NCBI GenBank assembly: GCA_002269645.1
Contig: NIVC01002555.1
Coordinates: 1-63,642, forward strand
Direction: 5' to 3'
DNA from: Macrostomum lignano
Lineage: Eukaryota
Length of the DNA: 63,642 nucleotides
The notes beneath the pieces were generated by a model. That model saw only the letters and a list, made by a program, of their open reading frames with translations, ran no database searches and was not told where the DNA came from. The position numbers and the translations under genes were made by a program. The number at the start of each line of letters is the position of its first letter. Positions within the stretch are counted from its first letter, which is position 1. Shown here piece after piece: positions 1-10,800 of the stretch.

Positions 1-1803
1 GATGAGGATACTGATCTCGGGATTCTGTTCACCACCGATGTCCCAGTCTGCCATGTCGAGGTGTTGAAAGTGCTTCATGCACAAGCTGCTGACAACTGGC
101 TGATGAGAGCAGATGTAAGGCACTGTGTTGGCGCGCACTGTGAACTGGGGCGGTGCTGTCAGATTTCCGAAGCTTGAACTCGACCATCGCAGTCTGCAGC
201 ACCTTGGCCTCTGTGCCACCGAATGTTGTCTCTCTGCCAAGCTGGTCAAGATGAACGAACGGTTGCTTGCAGAGTCAAAGAGAATTCGCACCGGAGTCTC
301 CTGATTGTTAACAGTCGAAATCAGTACAGCTCCCGCTGTTGGAAGGATCACTGTTTGAGCTTTTGTCACCATAGCCATGGACTTCACTTCTTGACTCTTC
401 ACATTCTGTGCAGCAGCCTGCTCGGACTTCTTCCGGTCTTCTCCCACCTTTCCAAGTGTGGAGCCGGGTGCCTTCGGTCCATCCTTACCCTGCAGCTTCT
501 CCATGCGTGCGCTACAAAGACTTGGGTGATGCTTCATCTGGCAGAATTCACATTGCTTCTTGTGGTAGCAGGTCTTGACGCTGTGTCCCTTGCAGAGACA
601 GCTGAAGCAACGCCTCTGCTCCTTCAAAAACTGGAGTCGTGCCGCAACGTCTACCAGGCGAGTGCACTTCTCTGGAGCATGTTCAGTTTCGCAGAAGGGA
701 CAAGCCGTGCTGACCTTTTTGACCTTCGTGTGAAGCGCAGCCACTGTGCCGCCATCCCTTGTCTGTTTCTCACCAGTAGTCTTGGACGCTCCATTGGAAC
801 CGGACGTCTGCCCTGCAGCTCCAACGGCCGCCTCCTCCCGGACTAAAATCTCCATTTCCAAGACCTGCAGAAACTCCGTCACAGAATCTAAGCCATTGCC
901 ATCCCTCATCTGCGACAAGCTGCTACCAAAGGAATAACCGACGGAAGCAATCCGAGCAGTTCTCAGCATCCCGAGACGAACGACTTCCGGCAGCTTCGCC
1001 AGCAAGTTGGGCAGCAACATGGACTCGTAAGATTCGACACTCACCCCGAGATTCGTCAGACTGCGGACATTTCCATTGACTTGGTCGTAGAAATTCCTCA
1101 GGTGCTGTGCCGACGAACTGGAGCAGGTCAGCACCGAGAACTTTGCCAGGTGCTCGCGCACGGCTCCGTTGCGGGATCCAAATCGTCGTTGCAGGTTGTC
1201 GATGGCGATATGGTAGTTGTCCTTCGTGATGTTGAGACCAGCGATCGAGTTTCGGGCTTCCCCAGACAGACACGACTGCAGGTAGCTGAATTTGTTGACG
1301 ACACTCAGGCTCGGGTTGTCATGGATACTGGAGTTGAAGCGGTCCCAGAATTCCGTCCATTGGGTCCGATCGCCACTGAATGACGGTGGCGGCAGTTTTG
1401 GCAACCTGATGGCAGTCTGAGTCCTTGTCGTTGAAGAATTCTCTTCCGAAGACTTGGACGAAGTCGTCGTCTGTATGGCTGTATTCTGCAGCAGATTTGT
1501 TGCCTGCGGCGTGCCGGTCCGCGCGGTCTGAAGCTCCTGGAGCCGTCTGGTGAGGTTCGAGATCAATTTGCCAGCCAGCAGGTCGTACTCCATTGTCGTC
1601 TCTGCTTCAGCCTGCACGTCCTTCTCGTCAACCTCCGCGGCGAGCTCTTCATCTGCTGCTTGGAGCTGCTGCTTCTTGAACCGTAGAGCCTCTAGAACGC
1701 TGTCGATTTCATCTTCAGCAGCATCTGTTTTGAGCAGGTCTTCGGCTTTCTGTGCCAGTCTGGTGACCGTCGCTCGTAACACGCCTCTCTTCCTGGAGTC
1801 CAT
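1..1803 (-). mobile_element. BEL/Pao LTR retrotransposon gag-protease ORF (runs off the window start)
   Basis: Manual translation from ATG at 1803 (MDSRKRGVLRATVTRL...) stays open to base 1. It contains the DUF1759-type gag block RLPKLPPPSFSGDRTQWTEFWDRFNSSIHDNPSLSVVNKFSYLQSCLSGEARNSIAGLNITKDNY, three CCHC-type knuckles (CPFCETEHAPEKC, CFSCLCKGHSVKTC, CEFCQMKHHPSLC) and the protease motif RILFDSASNRSFI. Confidence 0.9.
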
Positions 1804-1873
1804 GCTGTTGTTGAAAAATCGCTGAGTCACTGTAGCACTCTTGCGCTCACTGCTTGATTTTACTGTGATTTTG

Positions 1874-1885
1874 GTTCGGGCGCCA
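1874..1885 (-). promoter_or_regulatory. Primer-binding site of the LTR element
   Basis: Minus strand reads TGGCGCCCGAAC directly after the LTR-terminal CA. This is complementary to a tRNA 3' end of the tRNA-Lys type. Confidence 0.8.
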
Positions 1886-2176
1886 TGTTAAAGAAATAAT
1901 CAAGTCTAATAAATCTGAGGGTTAGACTTTAACAAAAAAAACGGGTAAATGAGCCCTGTGGCTAAATTATTGCTTATTCTGACTCAACAACGCCTCACGC
2001 ACATCAACCCCACCCAACACACTCTGAGACGGGGACCGCCAAGTGTACACTTGCGACGCTACACATAGCAGAGGGTCGGTACGCAGGCACTCCAAATCCA
2101 ATACAGAAGCTAACACAGCAAAATACATTGTCAGCCATGCAGTCAAGCAAGTCAAGCGGGGTAAAACAACGTCACA
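1886..2176 (-). mobile_element. 5' LTR (291 bp) of the BEL/Pao element
   Basis: Minus strand TGTGACG...TTTAACA has TG..CA termini, abuts the PBS on one side and breaks into RTE sequence on the other. Confidence 0.8.
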
Positions 2177-3745
2177 GGGCGCGCGTTTCAGAGCCTTGGC
2201 GCGAACGTAGGCCGCACCGCCGGCAATGTCTGGGGCGCCGGCATCAGCCAGCAGGCAGTCAACGAAACGCCGAGTGCGCGCTTGTCCCCGCTGGTAGGGT
2301 GCCTGCAGGCTGCAGCGTCAGCAGCAGCAACAGCAGCACCTCCTGCACCGCCTGTAGTCAGTAGGACTCATCTCGGATGAAATCCGGCCTGCCAGCTGGA
2401 GTCGGCGCAAAAGTTCGCTGGGACGGAACAGCCCGGTGCCCGTGGCGTAGGCAAGGGGGGGTACGGGGATGTATCCCCCGTGGGCCTGGTCGGTGGGTGT
2501 AAGAAATTGATTTATGGCGCTTAATTTTCCTGTGAACTGCTCACTGTGGCCAGCAAGTATAAGTAGCAGCAAGCTACTCATATCCCTGCATCCACCCGTG
2601 AGAAATTCCTGGCTACGCCCCTGCCCGGTGCGGCGACTGAGTACCGCATTGGTGACTCGCTCGTAGCAGATTTTAAAGGCGGCGCGCAGCAGGCCAGCCT
2701 GCGCCGCATCGACTAGCTGCTCGAGCGAATCCGTCAGCGTCCAGGTCTCGGCGTCCAGCGTCCAGGCTGTACAACAGAACGGTCTCGATCACCGCCTGGA
2801 ACAACGCCGCTCTCTGGCGGTTGGGCATGGCTTCGGACTGCAGGACAGCATTCACAGAGCGAAAGGCAGCCCAAGCAAGTCCACGGCAACGTCGCAGGTC
2901 CTCGCGGACGTCAGGCACCAGACCGCCGAGGTAGACGAACTGCTGACAGCACGAAGCTTCGTCACCTGCCCGTCGTAGGCATAGAATTGCAGCCTCGAGA
3001 TCATCTGGCATTCAGAGCACGACGGTCTTCTGCGTGTTGACCACCAGGCCGATGCTCGCCGCAACGCTCACCAGCCGGTCCAGCTGGAACTGGGTGTCCT
3101 AGACGGTCGAGGACAGCTTGCAGGGCGAGATCGTCGGCGTAGCCAAGCACGCTGAGCCGACTCTCCGGTTAGCATCGACATACACGTTGCTGCAGCTAGC
3201 AGGAAGAGCGTTCCGCAGCACCCAGTCAAGCACCAGGACGAACACGAACGGCGCAAGCATATCTCCCCGAAGCACTCCAGAGGATTTCTCAACGAAATCT
3301 GATAGACCGTCCGATGTCAGCACGGCATCGCTCGTGCCATGATACGTACAGCGCCATGACAGCGAGTCAGCTCTGGCACGTCGTATGCACGAAGCACTAT
3401 TCAGAGCACACGGCCCGATCACGACCGAGTTGAAAGCTGATATCCTACATATAAGTCAAAAAGCTAGAAAACAATAGTTTTGACCTGGCAGGTCCGCGCT
3501 TCCTTGATGACTCGGCGAAGAGCCAGGATCTGCGACACTGTGCCGCGATAGGGCCGATTGAAACCCGTTCTGCTCAGACCGCAAATACGGATTCAGTAAC
3601 TGGCTGGAAAGACGATATACATGTAAATGTTGCAGCTTCCGGTTGAAAAATCCAAGACTGCAGGCAGATAGATATATGGCTCGCTGCTCCTCAAGCCGTC
3701 TCTCATGCCAGGCTTCTTTGGAATAGCGATATGATGTGCGTCGCT
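2177..3745 (-). mobile_element. Decayed RTE-like non-LTR retrotransposon (RT and C-terminal part)
   Basis: Frameshifted fragments IAIPKKPG, LNPYLRSEQNGF, GVLRGDMLAPFVFVLVLDWVLR, FVYLGGLVPDV..AWAAFRSV..LFQAVIETVLLY and ALKRA are collinear with the copy at 46.6-48.5 kb. Confidence 0.85.
2440..2623. mobile_element. 184-bp non-autonomous hAT-type MITE inserted in the RTE
   Basis: Perfect 8-bp TSD CCCGGTGC at 2432-2439 and 2624-2631. Imperfect TIRs CCGTGGCGTAGGCAAG and (reverse complement) CAGGGGCGTAGCCAGG match 12/16. Removing the element restores RTE coding RRTGLFRPSELL. Confidence 0.8.
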
Positions 3746-3792
3746 ATAAACATTTTGTCCCTTAACTGTAATGACAATGTACCGTAGTCCGG

Positions 3793-3900
3793 TATACAAA
3801 AAATGAGTTAATTGTCTCTACATGTATCTATCTAATGTATCTATCCGTCTGTGATTGATTTTCGAAAAAACGGCTCAAATGATTTTAATGATTTTCATTT
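3793..3900 (+). mobile_element. Helitron/Helentron-like non-autonomous element end (putative)
   Basis: TATACAAAAAATG + short TATC/TCTG-like tract + GAAAAAACGGCTCAA. The same layout occurs in reverse at 35560-35655. Confidence 0.4.
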
Positions 3901-5100
3901 CATTTTCACTGATTCTCATTTTAATTAAAATTCTAAAACTGTGACAGTGTTTTCGCTGCTTTCTTTTTTCGCTGTTTTCTGTATATTAGTACTTTAAAAC
4001 CTACGAGCGTAAAACTACTTAATGTATCGTCTGGCGAGACTTTTCTGAACGATGAGGTTTTGTAGTTGTGAAATTCAACTGCAAAAAGGTATTGTTAGTG
4101 CCCCGAAACGGATTGCTCGTATTCTATGACACGAATTTTATTTGGCTCTATTAAGGATTTAAGGTACATCGTGGTAACATGGTTATTTTTTGGGGCTTTG
4201 GATTTGGTATCTTTAGTTTTTGTTTAAAAGGTTTGTTATACGATATTATTTAAATTGTATTAATGTAAAATAAGAATATATAAGAATATTTTCAAGCCTA
4301 ACTTAAAAAACTACTTTCCCAGTATTTTTAGAAATAAAAAACTCCTAGAAATTCTGCTTAAGCTTAAAACTGAGTTCTTACCAAGCAAATACACCCAAGA
4401 AAAATGCAAACTTTGTGGCAGAGATTCAGGCAATAATATCTTACACTATACAACTGAATGTGTCGGTATACTAGATGTCAGGAAAAAATACTTTAACCAA
4501 AGCCACCTGAGCACAAGACACTTTTACAGTTTAGGCTATGCTACAAACGAAAACAAAAATAAAAAAGATTTGCTAGCTATCGAGAAGATCTATAAACTCA
4601 TAGCAAATCTCCCTCCTTAACCGACATGAAAATTATAGAGAACACCATGTGTACCACGCTGTTGCTGACCGTCTTACACCAATTGAATCCCTGGTTACCT
4701 TGATACTTTACTTGCTATTCCCTCTTGCTACTATGCATCTCTTGCTATTAAGTCCCTACCCCTCTTCGAGTAAACAATACCGGTGCAATCTATCCCGTAT
4801 TACGCGTTTATTTATGTAAAAAATTTCTTTTTCTAATCGCGCCTTATTTTTATTTAAGCACTCTATTTTTGGTTATTTCTTTCTTACATATTTGCTTCAA
4901 AAATACCCTTCATATTTAATGCCTAATAATTGCCAGCAATCCTTTCATCTGATTTTTTTGTCTGATTAATACATATAAACTTATTTTTATCACCTACGAA
5001 TTCAAGTGACACCATACTTGTCTTTTAATTCCTTACTTAAATACTTTTTGCTTTGTTTGCCGTTAAAGATTTTTGAAGTTTCGTAAAAAAAAAAAAAAAA

Positions 5101-5564
5101 ATTGGCGCCCTTTCAAATACTATATTATTGTAAAACTCGCCGCACAGATCCCATTCTATCGAAATAATATTAATATTAAATACACTGACATATACTGGCC
5201 AAACAGGCTTCTTGCCTGAGCCAAATTACTACTACTACTACTATTTCGTTAACTTCTTGAAGTCAAAAAATTCAAAAAGAATATTCGTTGTGATGACAGA
5301 CGGATGAATGAATGCGTCTTTGCTTGGTGGGTGCAATGCGCCTTAATTTAATTCATATTTATTTGTATAATCTATTTGTAATAAAAGTAATTAGATTTAT
5401 TATTTAAACTGGATGGACTCGAATTCTGGAAACTACGCTACTCTCTACAACTACTACAGCGCCTAGAAGAAAAACCCTAACACCAAACACAGCGCCTTCG
5501 CGTTTCAAATACGATAGGAATTAACATACAGTAAATCAATAGTAATAAAGTACGTACAGTAAGT
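5101..5564 (+). promoter_or_regulatory. Putative piwi promoter / non-coding first exon region
   Basis: E2F-like plus CHR-like composites TTGGCGCCCTTTCAAA (5102-5117) and TTCGCGTTTCAAA (5497-5509). A GTAAGT donor at 5559 could pair with acceptor CTCTTCCAG ending at 7769. Motif-based only. Confidence 0.3.
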
Positions 5565-7855
5565 ATCGCGGAAATAGGAAACTCCTTACTGAATAAATAC
5601 TGACTAAATAATAACACAATAATATTCAAGAACGCCGGATACATCATAAAAAGTGCGGAGATTCAATTAATACATAAAAATACTTTACATTAATTATCCG
5701 GATTTTTTTCGCGTGCAATGGAACTGAAACAGGAACACTGACAACTAATACTTATAGTAAGAGTATATCATGGAGACCAAAATATAAAATTTTGCAAAGT
5801 TTTCGTTGGCCATTAAAATTTATTCCAAACTGACAAAATTTCCCCAGAACACATCACAAAAAATATATATAGACCAATAGACCATGACATACCTCTAAAC
5901 CTCAATGCTCAATAAGACAATACTCTTTGATCTAGCTCCTCAGTATCTTGAATAATTTATGTGTCAAATATCAAACTAAAGCTAAAAGATCAGCATGCTA
6001 AGTATAAAATATTGCTAAGTATATTTTCTCAATTTATAATTTTATGTTACGCCCCTATGAATATCATCAAGAAAATGGCTATTTATTAATAGATAAATTA
6101 AAAGGTTGTTTCTAGATGGCTAGTTTACTAGGAATGACGAGGTTTAGCCAAGTTCTAGCTAAACCTGCACACCATAGTCCAGAACATGCTAGGTGCGTGC
6201 ATACCCAAAAAATTGAATAATTTTAAATGCATGCCAAAAAAATTGAGTGTATGCTTATTGTCAAAACTCAAAAGTATGCTGGTGTTGTGACATTAAGTGA
6301 CCTTTTTTATGTGTGACAATAAATGACCTTTTTTGAACTGCATAGTGGATCTAGATAATTTAACAAACAAAACTTGAAGATTGCTGGATCTTTTTTGGCA
6401 AATAATTTGGTTGATTTTTTTCGCTTTTTTGGTAATAAGCCTACTATTTATAGCAAAAAATTAATACATGCAAAGATTTGTTTAAATGCCTTTTTATGAG
6501 TTTAAAAAACCTGGAAAGCTTGTAATTTATTCTTAAAATGAGCTTTTGTCATCTTTTTTTCTATTTTATAATAACTTTTCCACTGATTCTATAAAGTGCA
6601 TGCCAGGTGTGCACGTATACCTTTTTCTTAGGAGTGATACATACCAACTGTGCATGCTTACTTTTGGTGTGCAAGGCCAATGCATGCCTAAATTTTTGGT
6701 ATATATTATATGATCCAGAGTATGGCCTATATATTAGGTAGCAATATATACTATTAGGCCTAGTGAGTCATGGTCTTTCTTGACTAATTGACTTGAGTGC
6801 CTAACTAATGGTTCAAGAGATCTCTAATTGATTGAATATTTCCAAGTTAATTGTCTATTTGAATTGTCATTATTGATTTATATCTTTCAAAGATTTCAAT
6901 TATTGGGTCCCTTGTCTTTTTACAAGCATGAATGAATATTGCTAAGTCAAACATTGAGCTTGTTCAAGAGGTAAGTAGGATGACTTTAGCTAAGCCTAGC
7001 TGATCAGTTCTAATTATGAAATTTTGGATTTTTAAAAATCAAAATTAGAAAATATCAAAAACAAAAAGTAGTTTCTTAGCAACTAGTCAATTGATTTATT
7101 ATATTTTTGGAGCATTCTTTCTGAACAAGACAAATTTAATATATTAAACAACAATATAGACAATGTTTAATATATTTAATATAAACAAAGTTCAAATCTA
7201 AGGTGGCTATTTTTTTAAATTCATCATGATTGATGAGTTCTAGGCTCTTCTTTTCCCTTCTTCCTTGGACTAGGCTATTTAGACCCAGGCTATTAAGGGA
7301 AAGAGTCAATTAAAGATATAATATTTTTTATTTTGGATTTTTTATTGATGCCATCTGTCAATTGGTGTCCTGGTTTTCAGTTTGGCATTGGGGTTTTGGA
7401 TCCAAAAATAAGTTATTAATTGGCATTGGAATTCTAACAAATAAACTGTCTTAAACATATTATACTGCAGATAGCTTTTTGTGCTTAAATAAGATTTACT
7501 TTTAATCTCAACCTATAAAACAAATACTTTCATATAATATAGTTGTACTTGTACATATATTGCTAAGTATTGGCTTTCTATAACAATCTAGCAAAATATT
7601 TAAACACTTTACTGGTTGGCCAGACTTGGAGGTAAAATTAAGAGGACATGTCTACACGCAAACAGTAGAACTTCATACCATACAGGAGGGCATAGTTATA
7701 AATTATATTGGTTACTTTTAAAATGGTCCATTTTGGCTATGACATTGAAATAAATTTGGTCTCTTCCAGAAACTCTAGACCAGTAAGCTGATTAAGTTTA
7801 AACTGACTGCCGCCTACCGACTCCTGCTGCCAAATCTGTTCATTAATTGTGCAAA

Positions 7856-10800
7856 ATGAGTTTTGGACGCGGCCGAGGCCAGCTCAGCCGGGGCCTGGTT
7901 ATCGGTCTGGCTCATGAAGCCGATGCTGCTGTTGCCGCTGCTGCTGGCACCACTTCGGCCACTGCGGGTGCCGGTTTTGGCCGGGGATTGACAGAGTTTG
8001 GTCGGGGCGCCACAGCTGCTGCCGCCGCCTCTGCCTCTGCTGCTGATGTACCGTCGCCACCTGCTTCAGCCGACGCCGCTGCCGCCCCCGACGCCAAGCC
8101 GCCGCCGGCCAAATTCGGCCCGACCTTCGTGCCGTTCGGCCGTGGCGCACCTCGTCCTCGCCTTGAGGGCACCGGCGACTCCGCCCCGGCTGCTCCGAGT
8201 GCACCCGCGCCTGCGGCTCCTGTTGCTGCTGCCGCCACGGGCTTTGCTCGCGGATTTGGCCGCGGCTTGACCCCTGCTCTGTCTACCGCAGCCGCCGCTG
8301 GCTCCGCTGCCCCTCCGTCAGAAGCGATGAATCGCCTGTCTGTTCAGCAGTCTCCGAGGCAGGAGGTTCCTGCCGATGCCAATGCCGGCCCCGCTCGGCG
8401 ACCGGCCAGACGGCCTCAGGTGCAGCGAGTCGGCCCGTCGGACCAGCGTGGCACTGCTGGCGAGTCGATCAGCCTGTGCACCAATTTCCTGCGAGTGGAA
8501 GGCGCCGAACACACAGTTGTCTATCAGTATAACATAACGCTGAATCCGCATGTGGACTCCCGGATGATGCGCGACCGACTGGTGCTGGGCATTCAAGACG
8601 AGGAGTTCCAGCGCGTCACCGGCCGCGTTGTCTCAGGCAACTGCTTGTACACCAATCGGCCTCTGGTTCGCGACTCTGTCGTGTACGAAGTGGCGTCAGG
8701 CGGCATGCGGGTGGCCGTTCAGCTGCAGCTGGTTGGCCAGGCCGCCCTGTCCAGCCTGCCCAGCGTGTACAATATGATATTCCGGTCTGTGCAGGCTCGC
8801 ATGGATTTGGTGCAAGTGCGCCGGAACTACTTTAATCCAATGCTGGCTGAGAAAGTGTCGGGCATGGAGGTGAGCGCTTTCAATTCACGTTTTGTTTGGA
8901 GATTGGATATTTAAATTTAAACATGATGAACTTTAAAAGCAGTTTGGAGAAAGCAATTAGGAGAATCACAGTTGGATTTGTGGAGAATCCCAGTTGGACT
9001 TGTGGAAAATCACAGTTGGATTTGTGGAGAATCCCAGTTGGACTTATGGAGAATCCCAGTTGGACTTATGGAGAATCCCAGTTAGACTTTTGGAGAATCC
9101 CAGTCGGACTTTTGGAGAAACCCAGTTGGACTTATGGAGAATCCCAGTTGGACTTATGGAGAATCCCAGTTGGACTTATGGAGAATCCCAGTTGGACTTA
9201 TGGAGAATCCCAGTTGGAATTTTGGAGAATCCCAGTTGGATTTGTGGAGAATCCCATTTGGACTTTTGGAGAAACCCACAGAGGGGGGCATCGATAGTAA
9301 TCTGCAAGGCCAGCTCAATCTGTCCACAGGTGTGGCCGGGCTACATCACCTCGGCCAGTCAGGTGGACGGCGGCCTCCGCCTAATGGTCGAGTCCAGCTG
9401 CCGGGTGGTTCGAACCCAAACAGTTTACGAGCTGTTTCAATGCCTCGGCTACCGCTTAGACGCTATGAACGATGCTCTGTTGGAGTCCACGGTTGTCACT
9501 CGCTACAACAATAGGTTTTCGCGAGTTGACCAAATCGACATGAGCAAGGACTGCACCAGCACGTTCGAGCGATGCGGACGCCAGGTATCCTACATTGACT
9601 ATTACAGGCAGCAGTACCGGTTGGAAATTCAGGACCCGCACCAGCCCTTGCTCATTAGCCGGGTCAAGCCAACTCGAGGCAGCGATGGCCGTTTAATTGA
9701 ACAGCCTCCGAAGTGCCTGGTGCCGGAGCTCTGCTACGTGACCGGCATCACGGATGAAATGCGGCGAGACTTTCGACTGATGCGCGACCTGTCCAAGTTC
9801 ACCAAGGTGCTTTTTGGGGATTTCAGATGGGTTTTATAAAGTACCAGGGGTTTCTTGGGTGAATTCAAGCACCACTGTAGTGAAACTCAAAGATCTTGTA
9901 GTTTTTGGAGGCCTATTTCCTGGGAAAATGATTGCATTTAATCTGGAGCAGCGCTTGCAGCCTAGTAGTGGTCAGAGCGTCGGACTCACGACTGAAAGGT
10001 CGGGGGTTCGATTCTCGACCCACTGGAAACAATTTGTCTCATTGAGCAAGACACTTAGCTCTACATTAGCATGCACGGCATGTTACTGTATTATATATAA
10101 GTTCTGCAGTGAAAATTTCATTTTCATATTGTTTTCCTATTTTATAGGCTTATAGTAGTAAAAATATTCACTAGTGGGTTTAGCTGAAAATTTTTGTTTT
10201 GTTGAAAAGGAAAAGAAATGAAATGTATTTGTTGAAAAAATGGAAAGATTTAAAAAAGTCCACTGCTTTTTTCAGGAAATCGGCCTCTAAAAATACATTA
10301 TCTTTGAGTTTCAGTTCCTGTTATATGCTACAGTTTTACTCGGATAGATTGTACTCGTACTTTTCTGGGTTATCAGATGTACTTTTGTGAGATAGCTCGT
10401 AGTAGATGTACTTTTCCTGACCTAGTAGATGTACTTTTCCTGACCCAGTAGATGTACTTTTCCTGACCTAGTAGATGTACTTTTCCTGATCCAGTAGATG
10501 TACTTTTCCTGACCTAGTGGATGTACTTTTCCTCATCTAGTAGATTTACTTTTCCTGGTCTAGTATGATGTACTTTTCCTGACCTAATAGATGTAGTTTT
10601 CCTGACCTAGTAGATGTACTTTTCTTGACCTAGTAGATGTACTTTCCCTGGTATAGTATGTGTACTTCTGTAGACAGGCAGGTGTAATTTGCAAAGATCA
10701 AAGCCGCTAAGTCCCTATTCCTCCCCTATCCAGCTGTCCCCGGATCGTCGTATCGTTGAGCTGCGCAAATTCGTCCAGGCCATCAACAACCGGCCGGAGT

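Noticed and set aside
6150-6710. Loose inverted similarity (TGCACACC / GCATGC motifs) suggesting a MITE
   Set aside because: Too degenerate to define TIRs or a TSD by eye.
8896-9514. ORFs with ENPSWTYGESQLDLWRIPVG repeats
   Set aside because: Translation of the intron-1 22-mer array, bounded by GT at 8870 and AG at 9329.
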